NCBI GenBank assembly: GCA_002633005.1
Contig: NMRA01000076.1
Coordinates: forward strand, 372,001 to 436,000
From: Phoronis australis
Taxonomy: Eukaryota > Animalia > Phoronida
DNA: 64,000 nucleotides
Direction: 5' to 3'
Shown here piece by piece: positions 1-13,100 of this stretch. The notes under the pieces were generated by a model. That model saw nothing but the letters and a program-made list of their open reading frames with translations, was not told the origin of the DNA and did no database searches. The position numbers and the translations under genes are program-made. The first letter of the stretch is position 1, and the number at the start of each line of letters is the position of its first letter.

Positions 1-81
1 GATGTTTAAATTAAAGTATGTTTATTTCAAACTTTTTTTTTTTAAGTTGACTTCATGTATAAAGTTCTTGATATGTTTCAG

Positions 82-1107
82 TGGGCTAAGCAATCGTGAA
101 AACATCCAGCCATCCGAAGATGCCTCACTGGCGTCCTCTGTTGGCTCCGATGCTATGCGGCAACGGTTCTCCGTGTCCACCCATCCGCGCCTACCTATGC
201 TGCTCTGCTCAGACGGATATCTAGTCACGGTTCTTTCCCTACCCGAACACATGACAAGTCTGAAGGTGCTACGAGAACTAGTTAGTAAAACAGCACACCA
301 TGTGAATAGAATAAAGGATGCTAGTGATATTGGGTCCACTGTGCCGGGAGGTACGGTCAGTGTTGAGCCTGTGATGCAAAGCACATTGAAGTCGGAAGGA
401 TTGCCGCTCCAGCGTCAGTACAAGTTTGAAGAGTTTGATGGTAGTCTTGGCTCTACACTGGGCAGTCTGGCTGACACTGTTGTGCAAGGCAAGGCAGGGC
501 TACCAGGTGTTTCTGAACTTGAGTCGGGCAAGATTGTGTTCAGTGGCATGGAGGCATTTGGTAAAGTCACCAGTAGTCATAGTAAAGACCCGTCTAAACT
601 TGAACATGGTGAAGTAGACTATGCTCAGATAAAGCTTGGTCTTTTGACCTCCTGGGCCTTGTTGGCGTCCACTAGTGACTTGTGGTCAAAGGAGTATGAT
701 CAGATGGCTAAATACACTGTACGTCATCTCTCGCGTTATTTGACATCCGTGCTCACTACAGACGTGCCTGTTGCAGTGGAACATAAGGCACCAGGCAAGA
801 ATTGGGACGGCAATCTCTACCATGTGTTAGTCATTTTCCGGACACTATTGAATTTTGTGCTGTTTGATGGACTTCGTCAGAATTTATATGGTGCTTCCGT
901 GAAGTTGACTCACGGTATTGTGAGGTCGGTGTTGGATAAGTCTTGTGATAGTACAACTCGGTCTGTGTACAAGACAATGTCGGGATGCTTTGGCGTCCTG
1001 GAGTTTGCAGAGCGTCAACTGAAACGGTGCTATGGTTGGGATACAGTAGGGTTGTTAGATGATGCCTGCTTACCTAGTGGTGATAGTGGAAACCACGTTA
1101 TCAAAGG
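82..1107 (+). CDS. CPLANE1: CPLANE1 exon w1
   Basis: tttcag| acceptor, AGG|gtgaga donor (phase 2-2); QRFSVSTHPRLPMLLCSDGY motif. Confidence 0.88.
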
Positions 1108-4100
1108 GTGAGAACTTGTTGACAGTTGTCTTGCTAATGCTTTGTAGATGCTAGTCACTCGTAATATACAGCCAGTCCGATACCATGGCTTATGCAAGGT
1201 AAATGGTGCCCATTTAGAGTGTTAAGTTGCCATTTACTAAATGTAGTCTAAATTTCCCTAGCAGCCATCAGTTGCTAAAGTGGTGGCAATTTTGCTTGTG
1301 TTTTTTTGTTAGCGAGGTCAGCTATTTCCTTTTGAAACACTAGGCAATTCTACATTTTCATGGTTTTGAGCTGTCTTTAGTCAGCTTTTGAGCTTTTGAC
1401 TGAGCAGAAATGAGAACAATAGGATCACTTCATTTTATGACCAAAGCTCTATGTAATATAGCACTCTAAACACATAATTTTCTGGAAGTCGTCGAAACTA
1501 TTACAGGAAATTAATTTTTTTTTACTTTTAGGCTTCTATCAGCCTGGCACCTCTTGTATCGACACGTGTCCAAGCAGTGGTTGGTAACGAGCAGGGCCAA
1601 GAAACAGCAAAAGGCGTCTAAGAAAGTCGTTGACTTGCTGTGTGCGGTGCAGTGGAAAATCTCTAAGGTCTCTCGTTTGCCGGTTCTACAGCGGCGAATT
1701 GTGAACAGAGGAAATGAGTTTGCCGTTAGTGGCTCCCTTGATAAGGCTGTTGACAGCTGGACCAATCACCTGGCTGGTAGGGGGTTTGGACTCTTGTTGC
1801 ATTCAGAAGTTTCAGGCTATAGTCTAAACTCCATTACCATCTATTAAGTTATCAAAACAAAATAAAAGTTTTTTATTATTATTAATTTATTCAATAATGT
1901 ACATAAATTACAATACTAAATACAGTAATGGGTACAAGATATAAAGAAATAAAAATAATTATGTACAATGTCCAGATAACACCAAAAAATTGAAAACTTA
2001 TTTCCATGGTGGTCCATACACAAAGTGAAAAATTAAAGACAATAAATATTAGGAATAAATAATTAATTATGAATAATTATACAGGAGGAATGAAGCATGA
2101 GAGAGGAACTAGGTATTGGTGAAAAGAGCTAAGAAAGACTGAAGAATGAAGTGACATGATAGATGACAAATAAATAAATAAAACCAATAGATATAACAAG
2201 AGTTACCTCTCTTCTCAATAATGTGAAATGGATATTGTTTGAGTTGTCTTTTATAAGTATTTAAATCTGTAATATCCCTCTGGTGGCCAGGAAGTGCCTT
2301 CCAAAGAGCTATGGTTGAATTTAAAAAAGTTTAGATACGTTTGTTTTAACTCTTGGCTGAATAAAACCAAAATTGCCTCTTCTAGCTCTGTGTTAAATGC
2401 TGAAAAGTGATCGAGGAGATAATTTGGGTTTTTGCCATGAACAGTTTTATGAAATTGAATAAGGTGGTGCTTGAGTTATGCCATTTGCCTGAACAAAAGA
2501 GTTGATCATTGCCGTCGAACAGCCTTGGTCATGTGATACTCGTGCATTTACTGTTTGTTTGAGATTATGTGTGACGGGATGAAATTAGTGTTATCACTTG
2601 TTCGTAATGTGCTGCCATGTAAAGCAGCTTTGAACCTGCCTTCTGTCACAAAAGTAATTTTTGATAGAGACCACTTAAAGTTATGAAATGGGCCACAAAT
2701 TGTTCCTTAGTGAAAGTTGGTATTGTTTCTGGGCGTCGAGAGAGCAGACAGTTTGTTGTTGTTTGAGACCTGGCTCTGTAAGTTGACTTTTCACGTTGTG
2801 TCATTTTATTTGCTCAGCATAATCTCAAGGAATAATTAAATAAGATTCAGTTTTTGCAAAACCAAAGATCACTTCTTATCTTTTTAAATCGATTTGATGG
2901 CGGTAAATGATCTAAATCCCAATTCGTTTTTTTTCCTCATAACTCGGGTTTATTGCTGCTTTAAAATATACATTGGTTACTAGTAACAAAAACAAAAATT
3001 TCTGAAGTCACACTTTTAATTCTTGCTGTTCATGTTATGTGAAGGCCTATGGGAAACGTTTTTTACCAAGTATGCTGACGTAGAGTTTTCACTACATGTT
3101 ATATGGTTGCCTTCTTCTAAGAATGAGCTAATGGTCCGGTGATTTTTACCGTTATGTAAGTTTTGTGTTGCACATAAATCTTGATGAATTGTTATTAGTT
3201 TTAGCCTCAGTAATGACTTTATTTATGATCCACTTTTAAGGTGTTGTGACTATGCATTGTAAATTTCAGTGCCTGGCTCCTCAAAAAATCGTGCCTCAGT
3301 CTTACACTCAATCCTCTACAGTCATCTGGCACAGGGTGATCTGAGTGAAGCAATCCTGTTGGTTGAGCAACAAATGAACGATGTATTGCTGCAAACGTCT
3401 ACACCAGAAGTTGCAGGAGAGAACGCGGCAAGTGTTTGTTAATTAGATTGCTAGCGTCAACAACCATTGGTGCCTGAGGAACTTAATATTTGTCCATCTT
3501 TATGACAATAGTGACTCCTAGATTAAAGTCACATCTGTTGTTTCTATTCACTATTTTAAAGTTACGTAAGACATCAGAAAAATTAAGCTAACTTTGAAAT
3601 CTCTGCCTGCATGGTAATCGGTGAATTAAAACATTTAATATTGTGTGTTTGTGTGTGTGTTTCAGGCTACCCTGTCACGTGATAACAACAACCCAACAGG
3701 TTTGCATGTAGTACACAGCTTTGTCCGGTTCATGGCCACCTTCTTCCTGGATCGACCGCTCCATGTTCATCCCCCTCACAGACCTCGTAAACTGGCTCCC
3801 CTCCACATGGCTGCCCGGCGTGAAGGTATGACCCTGAACTTTAGTGTTATCTCTCCTGTAAGGAGTTTAAGTTGTTGTCCTGACTCTTCTGTATTAGGAG
3901 TTACGTTCTGGTGTGAGTGGCATAAAACATGGCTGAATTAGGACCATCTGGAACGGTTCGAGTATTTTTGTAGCCTCGGCTTATCCTTTGGAGGTGTTTC
4001 ATACCTGCACATGTGCAAACTTCAATCATAACAGCAAGTGGATTTGGTTGAGAGACAGCTAATATCATGGCTTCAGCGTAGCAGGTCTCAAAAATCATAC

Positions 4101-7100
4101 ACGGCAGTAATCCTGAATCCATCATCTGCTTCATGGTGTATTTTTAACTATTCTCTAAACCTGTCCTCACGTGGGCATCTCAGCCACATTCAGGGGCATC
4201 CCAGCCACATTCAGGGCCGTCCCAGCCACATTCAGGGCCGTCCCAGCCGCATTCAGGAGCATTGTCCATTTTGAGAGTAACATGACTTGGTGTTGTGATT
4301 GAAGTTTGCTCATGCCCAGTTATGCAACTCGTCCGAGGGATAATTTGAAGCTATGAAAATATGCAAGCTCTAATGGGACTTGTGTGCAGTTCCTGATGTT
4401 AAGTGGATTTATTTAACTTTGTTCAACTAAAAGGGGTACCCAGTTGTAGGTTATGTTGAAATTTCTATCATGTATTTTAAATTTGCTTTTCGTATCACTA
4501 AGTTTCTGTTCGACTGTGGAGGCTACTAGAGCTCAGAAGTTATGTTTTTTAAAATTTTTTTGGATGGATTTTCTGAAAGTAGCTTTTCAAAGTCCAGATC
4601 TTGGAGAATCCTGTTTTTATTCCAGGTCGGCTGCTGCCCATTTCCCGCTCCATCGTCACAAAATCCATTGTGTCAAGTGGCTTGGACAATCTGTGGACGT
4701 CGTCCAAGACGGCTGAAGTGCTACTGCTCTCTGGTTTGCTCCCCGAGGCTGCCTGGTTTGCCAACTCTATGGGGGACTGGAAAATGGCATTTGTGATGGG
4801 CGTGGCACTGCTCAAACATCAACAGCGGACTGGGAAACTGTATGAAAGGTATTGACATAAAGAGTTCTAATTCGGATCCAATTTGTGTTTTGTGAAAAGT
4901 CGCAGGTATTCTCATCTGTCAGGGAAAATGACAAAAAGTTACCATGCATTGAAAATAGAAATTGAAAAAGGGTAAAAACTCATTTAGAAAAGTCTTTATT
5001 TTGTAAGCCCTGTCATGAGTTCATGCATTCAATTATTCACTTGCAATCATTTATGAATAAATGATTGCAAGTGGTCTGCTACACATTGTACCAGACGTTT
5101 GCACTCCATTGAGGTGGCCCTATTGCACTGATCATCTGGAACCATTTTTTATGCTTTATTAATATGTAGTTAAAACTGAGCTGAGGAGCTAGAAACCTTA
5201 TTCTAGGGTATAGCAGTGTGCCATAGTGGGACTTGAACCCATGAACTTGGGTCAAGAAGTGGACACTTACCCCCCTAGGCCGCACTATACTGGCTCGTCT
5301 AGCAATCGGTCATGGACTGAAAGAATTGCTTGTAGTTGTTTACTTTTTTGTAAAAATCGTCGTGGAAAATGATATTGGAAAATTCTTAGAAACAGAGTAC
5401 ATATTATTATGAGTGAGAATCATGGAGAGTGATATAGATATGAAACAGCATGATAGCATGATACACTTCATGATGTTTCTTGTTTCAGACCCACAGTGAA
5501 TCTCACACTGCCTAAGCGAGTCCAGCCTAAGACTATCATGCTGTCTGTACTCACCTCAGCTTTTGGTCTTGACGTGGATGGTGCTGCTGAGAATCCTGGT
5601 AAGTTGTCATTTTGTGAACTGTTGTGCTAACCCGTTATTAGGAAGTGTTAAATGTATTCCGCGTGAAAGTTGAGCAGCCAGTTGTTAACACTGAAACCGT
5701 CAAGGTTTGTCTGTTTCACAGTGTTATATGGATTTTGTTACTTTATTGTTATAACATAAATTTGTAGTGATCTACAATGCTTCTTTAAGTGCGTCCAAAA
5801 ATAGGCCATTAGTACAATGTTGGTAATATATAAGCAACACTGTGTTTTAGATGCTATCAAATTAGATGACGAAACTGATTTTGCGTTGCTCAAGAAGTCA
5901 TTGGCAGACATTTTTATGGCGTCGGCTGTGAGCGGACTCGATGTGACCTCGGAGCTGATTCGCCGTCTCATCGATGAGTTAATTCAGGTGACCGCTCAGT
6001 GCCCAGCTTTGGTGACGCCAGACTTCTACCTACCCGCCCCGCCTTTATTTTGTCCCCAGCCGACGTGTGTCTCCGAGGTAAGGGTTCCGTTACTTGAGCA
6101 CATGGATCATGATTTTATGAAGACATAGCTAATAAAACAAGGTCTTGAGTTAGGTTTGACTAAGTATTGATAACACTCCTCACTTTGTGAGTACACTTCA
6201 ACACTATCTTATAAATAGTAAAAGCTTAGATGGCTGCTATTTTGCTCTTCCTTGAAATTAGACAGAAGTAATGCAGCAATGCAAACTGAAAAGAGTTGCC
6301 AAAAGAACACTTTTGTTGCTAAATTTAGTCGACTGAATTCCTCTGTAATTTGTTTGAGCCCATGGTATAAGTTCATGTGTTGTGCTAATAGGAAATTGTT
6401 AAAAGCGCTCAATTTTTCTCTATGAAAAAGTGAAGAGTGTCTTTTTTAGGTTTATCTTGTCAAAACACGTTCTTGTTTGTTTTAATTCCTTGAAAAAATC
6501 AGGACAGTGTGAGTGAGTCCTGCCAGAAAGAGTCCAAACTGCGACAAAAGATCAGTTGCTTGATACAGAAGATCTTGCTTGTTCTGGAATCTTCCAACTT
6601 GACCCTGCCCGCAGCTGCCCTCTATTGCCAGCAGCTGAGAGCTGCTCAGTTGAAGAGTTGTAAACTTCTAAAGGTACAAAAGAATTCCATCTTAATTTAT
6701 TAACTTGGTCTAATGTTGATTCATCTAAATGAATGTGTTTGCAAAAACTTTATAATCTTTGCTAAAATTCCTCATTACTTGATGAAAATGTGGCAAAATC
6801 AAGTGCGAAAAGGTTCTTATCGTTGTAAAAAGCCTGGTGTGAACGCTGCTATTTTGTCAGCAATGTAATATGATTTAAAATCTCATTACAGACTCAGTTC
6901 AGTGAACTTCCGCCAGTTCTACTTTCCTACCACCAGATGGAGTCGTTGCTGAGTGAACTTCGTGATGACGCCGTTGTCACCAGCGTTCTTTCCAGCTTCC
7001 GTGATTTCTGCTCCATCTTATGGTTGTTACACGCACGCGACATGCTAGGTGTCCTGCTGAGGCGTGACCAGGACATACTGCAAGTGCGTTATCCCGATAC

Positions 7101-10100
7101 CAAGGTACGTGCCTGTTTGATTAAATGGTTACATAGCAACTTACTGTGATGTCTTAAACTAAGCTCTCCTTCAATTTGAGATAAAGAAACATGTCTTTCA
7201 GTGTGGTAATGAAATGAAGAGGTTATGTACGTTCAAGAATATTTGATTTTGTTTACCTTTTCCAAAAATGTTTGTGTCTATTGCAACTCAATATGGGACT
7301 CCAAAACTCTGCTTGTGTTCTGGTGGAAAAGCTGGATAGACTTAATGGTTAAGAGTAAGAACCACGGCATGAGACCGAAAAAGTTGCATCTCTGTGTGGT
7401 TTACTTGATACCGGTTGACCTTCTTACTTACTTCCACTAGATGAAGAAGTCGACTGAGCTCAGGCAAGAGGAGTGGCTGAAACACCGCAGGACGTGCCTG
7501 TCTTGGGGTCTTCACCTCATACCTTTCTGTCACTACCTGCAGTCGGAGAACGACGTTTATACAGTTGTGCTCTCACTGCTCAATGAGTTGCCGCCCGACA
7601 AGGAGGCGGCTGACATCTTGGCTCGTCATTTCCGTGACGCGGAGTCACTCGAGCCAGAGGTTCAGGAGAGACTGGAGAACATGTTGAAAACGTGGCAGAG
7701 GGTGACTGTGAAATCTCAGAGAAAAACAAAAACTGGAAATAAGGTCGTTGCAAAGACTTCTTTATCCACCTACTACCTCAAACTATGTCCAAAATCTGAT
7801 GCTGCTATTGCCAAGAAAACCAAATTCCTGGGTGCTTTTGAAGAATTTATCTTTGTAAAGGAATCGGACTTCTTTGTAACAGTTGGGTCGCGACCATTTG
7901 AATGCGAGCTGGACTATTTACAGTTCATGGCCACTTTCTTTGAAGTGTGTTTCTCAAAATTCCTTGACGAGCCCAATGTTCAGTTGAAGCTTCCTCTGTT
8001 GTTGCCGTTTTCGAAACAGATATGCGCCGAACACGTGTTCTCCATTTCGAGACAAGCTGTGCTCGGTCTCAGAGGCAGAGAGGAAAGCGACGAGGTCTTG
8101 TCATGTCCGTCACCATTCAATGAATTTGCTCGTTCCCAGCAGAACTTGTCGGGTACGAGTACTCCCATGAGACGAACAGAGGCTAGAAGAAAGGTCGGAC
8201 TGTTCAGATCCCGCAGCACAAGCGACATCGGCCAATCAGGAACAAGTACAAAACATCAGCCACGTGTCCTCTTCAAAAAGTCCACTGCAACTGTAGGCAA
8301 TTTGTCAAGAGTTTTAAACAGTAGTAAAGACAAAGTTGCAAAGGTCAGGGGGTTAGATGTCACAAGTTCAGAGGTCATATCCCCATCACCCGGTTTGATA
8401 AACAGGAGCAGCAGCCTGCCTGCTTTAGACAGGATTCATCACCAGCCCGCATCAGTTCTCAGTCCACTGGCTCAAAGAGCCAACATAAAACGAATGCTCG
8501 GTAGCACATACATGGAGGTCTATGATGTGTTACTGTGGCTTGTACACTGGGCATCAAGGCACCATCCATTAGACAGAGCCGAGACGCCACGCCAAAATAA
8601 TCCGTCCATGACTGTTAAAGTCAGCGCAGCAGTACTTACAAAATGCCTGTGGTTGATAGAAGAGCGTTGGAGAAGGAGTTTGGACCTCTCGCACGTTGAT
8701 TCAGGGAACCGTAGCATAGAGCAAGGGATTACAACGAGCCCTCCGGATTTTGTAGATGTTGGAGAGGTGAAAAGTGTTGATGTAGGTCATGGGACTCAAT
8801 ATTTATCAGATAGTTTTCAAGTGGCGCCATCTTTTATGGGTTCAGCGAATTATAACAATAACGCTGATGATGTTGATGGAGAAAGACCGGCCACCTCGAA
8901 CCGCTCCAATCCAGAACCTGTGATACGTGGTACCACCACACCTGACAACAACTCTTCACCTTCCCCTGTTGAAGAGGTCATCAGAAGTGCGGGTCAGAGT
9001 TCAGCTGCGATTGCTGATGCTGAATCGCAGGAAGACGCCATCGACGTCAACACGAGGAACCGTTCCTACTCAGGCCTCGGTGACATTGATGGAAGCAGTA
9101 GCTCAGATTCTGACTTAATCAAGGGGAGAGATCATTTGTCAAAGCTGGCCAATTGGCACACTCCTGGCAGACTTGATTCTAGTGTGGTTCTAGAGTTGAA
9201 GGAAAAACTGAAGACTGGAATTCATCTGAAGGGACTAGACTCCAGTGATCATGGGCTTGGAAAGGTTGTACGAAGTCCTGATGGTAGTTTGGAAGACGGT
9301 AGCGTGTCGACAGAGTCCGCTCCCAGGTAAGCATGTCTGTTGGGCTCTGAATGTCTGTGAAGTTATGTAGGATCCTAGAAAAATGTTTAAATTTGCTTAT
9401 TTTTGATCACCATATCTCACAAAATGGCTGATTGGACATTTCACATTTTACGCATTGTGCTCTATTCCTTTCAATGCTGGTGGAATTGTTTTTAAAATGT
9501 TCCAATTTTGCATACAGACTTTTGTAATACTTGTGAAATACTTAAAGAAACATAAAACGAATTGATATTCGTGAAAACTGTAACTGTGTTTTTGAGATTT
9601 CCTTGAAATTTGATCCTGTTATTGGTGCCCTTGTTTTGCTATACCATGTACCTTAGTTTTGTTTATGGTAAACTTCCTGTGACCCAGTTATTGACAGATT
9701 AGTTATTTACAAATCAAAGGCTTTCTCGTTTCAGAAGAGATATTATAACTTTTAAAGAGTTGATACCTATAGTTAAGTAGATAATTGACCTATCGTAGGC
9801 TCTGTTCCCTTGCGTAATGTTGACAAACAATAAGTTTTATCCGACAATGTGTTGTTTGTCGGGTAAAATGACGGCTTGAAAATGAAGGTGTGTCAAGAAT
9901 GCTGTGCTCTGATTGGTCAGATGAGCTGTCACTCAAACTCCTGGTGATAGGTGAATTACTCAGACTTGTCGATAAAGTCCTACACAACCTTAAAGACAAT
10001 TTACTGACATGAATTAAAAAAACAAACTTTGGGAAAGTAGCAACTTGAGAAGAATGTTACTTTTTAATTGACACTTAGATTGTATTTGTGGTTTTATGCA

Positions 10101-13100
10101 TTGTTTTATTATTGTCTTGTGTTAAATGCTTAATTTTTTCCTGTTTGTTTAGTTTTGGAGCAGGTGTCATCACGCGTCCTGGTGGAGCAAGCTCAATGAA
10201 AGAGAACCCCCTTTTGAACAGGTAAGTACGTTGGGTTCAGTGGGATTTTGTACAATTATTACAACACATTAAAAGTTGACAAAGGGTCGGCCTGTTTGCT
10301 ATAGATAAATGCAGATCAATTAAACATCTTTAATTAGTCAATCATGTGATTCTGAGTCTTGCCAATAACTGTGATTTTTATTGAACTCAAAATGTGGGTG
10401 TGGCAATCTGACCTTTACTGACCTCCACAAAATTCTTGCAACAAATTACAAGAACTCTTTCTATATGCAGAGCCCTTACCATGTAAAAACACTGCCATAC
10501 TTAATGGTTCAGTTCCCATGGTAAGGGTCATTTATATGTGGTTAGAGCTTATGTGGTGGGTAAGAAGTGTTCAAGTGTGGTAAGTGTTTATGAGGAAGTG
10601 GTCACGGTTTGATTAACACCTCTGAAAGTCAGTATATTGTCCTTTCTCTTAATTATCACTGCAGTGTGCACTTAAGGAAGACTCGGTCCAGTAATGACCC
10701 TGATGTCAAAGGTCAACCCAATGTTAGTCCTCTGCCTGTTGCGCACTCACATCAGCAGTTCACACTGCCATCTTCAGCCGTTGTCGGATCTAACGTTGAT
10801 GTAGCATCTCACCTTCAAACTATCGTACGCTCAGAGTTGGTTAGAGTTCTACAGGTATGCAAAGTTTAGCTTTGTGTGAACGCTTTGAATTGCTGTTTGC
10901 TGACTCTTGAAATTTCGAATGCCACCTTCAAAATTTATTAGATCCATGCTCGTTTTTAATGAAATCTACATTACAGCATACTCTGTCATAATAAGTGGAT
11001 TTCTTGCCTTTTGTTTTAAAAGGATATCTTGGCTCAAAATAATTTTGACAGTAATTTGTACTGAAATTTGTGTAATGTCAAGTGATTTGGAATCTTCTTT
11101 TTTCGGCTGTATCTTGTAATTGCAAATGAAGTTTATGCAGACTTAACACAAGTTGATTGGTTCACAGTATGAAGTGAAAGTATGGGCTTCAAGCAAAATT
11201 GAAAAGTTGGCTGGGCCTGAGCTGCTCATAGGCAAATGCTATCAATTATTTTTTTCCACATACTATGAGCCAAAAAACCATTTCATGTCTCCTTCAATAA
11301 AGAGTGGGTATTTTAAACCCAAATATGGCAAGGTGCCACTGATATTGGTCGTTTGCTACCCAGACATGTGCGAGCTGTGTATATTTTGTGAACCAAAATT
11401 CTCACTAGATGGACGTTCACAAAGACAGTGACATTTTTAAGTCTTAGTCTTGTGAATTGATTCGCTAAGCTGAACGTCTGTGCTTAAAAGTGAAAATTTG
11501 GAAATTTCAGGGTTCCTTGTGAGGGACCATGGGTCTAATTCCATACAAGTACAGTAATATGTAACACGATGCGAGTTTATTACTTTTAAGTGTAACAATT
11601 GTTTTTCAGATTCAGCATGAAAGTTTGCTTTCTCTCTTGGGAACTGGCGTTATCATTCCGTCTCATTCTACCAACGGTGTACCTCCTGGTGGGATGTCCA
11701 CCCAGCCTCAGCGACCTGCTGAGCTTGACACACTTTTGCAAAATACTGTACCATCTCATTCACAAACGGAGCTGGTGAACAAGAAGGCGAAAGTTGAAAG
11801 AAAAACTGAAAATACAAACGAGGACTCGTCAAACGAAGGTCTTGAAAGTATTGGGAGTCAGTGTCTGGGAGCGACTTCAGAACTACACGCAACTCGCCAG
11901 TCGCTTAAACCTTTGTCTAGGTCATGGATGAGGACAAAGGACACGCAGACCTCCCCGTCGTCTCCCCCTGTTTATGAGGTCCTCAGGGAGTTGCAGAATC
12001 TACAGCAAGAACTACGTTCTACTGAGAAGCCAAGCCGTAAAGGTATGGTAGCAAAGTGTGTGGAGAGTAGGGTTGTATACTAGAGAGGTATGGGGTCAAA
12101 GTATTTGGGGTAGGGTTGTTTACCATAGAGGTATGGTGTCAAAATATGTGGGGAGTAGGGTTGTATACCAGAGAGGTAGGGTGTCATAGTATGTGGGGGT
12201 AGGGTGGCATACCATAGGGGTATGGTGGCAAAGTATTTGGGGGGTAGGGTTGTACAACACAGTTGCTTTACCGGATGTCAAAAGTATCTGTTGCTGTTTG
12301 CACCAGTCCTATATTCGACTAATGGTCATTCCTCGAATTTAAGAATTTTGCCTATGAGCGAAATCAATATGGTTTGAGGTTCTCTGTTCAATGCCCCCTC
12401 TGGATTTTTACATTTCATCATTTTAACGCTCCCAATAATATGTAATAATAATAATAATGTTTATTGATCCTCCCGTTTATGTTTACTTTCTTCGTAACTG
12501 TGAGTTCTCACTTCGTTGGTACTTATACAATGATGGGGTAGACTTTGACAACATAAACAATTGTCATCTGATGTTTGATTATGTTTCATTGTCTGAATCT
12601 TTGTCCGACTCCTTTTGGAGCCCCCCAGATACCTTGTCAGTTTACAGAATGTAATAATACTGCTAATTTGCAGGAGAAACAGTGCATGGTCTTCCACTTT
12701 TAAATGCCGGGTTTCTGCAAAAGGATGGCGAGAGCGAAACTAAGGTCACAAGAAGTGAAATGTCCTTGTCCAGGTATTCTAAACTCTTACGTATCGCCGA
12801 CGTGGAAGAACCTTACCGCTTTCCCAAGATGCCCGGCAACAATCAAAGAAACCAGACGCAGCGTGCCGCCAATGCTAATCGCCCATTGCTTGAAGTAAGT
12901 GGTGAAGAGTGTGATAACGGTGATGCTACTCCTGTGGCTGCTGAACTTGGGAATAAACAGAGGGGGTTTCCCTTGCTGTCGGCCCGTCCACCACCGACTG
13001 TGCAAGACATGGAATTGGTTCCGCCAGAGAAAACCGTGGAGCACATGCAGGCTCACCAACAGCAAGATGTGGTGAAGCAGCGCTACCTGCTTAAGTTTAA

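Noticed and set aside
5215-5294. tRNA gene
   Set aside because: Only a B-box and a weak A-box, no complete cloverleaf; better explained as a SINE head
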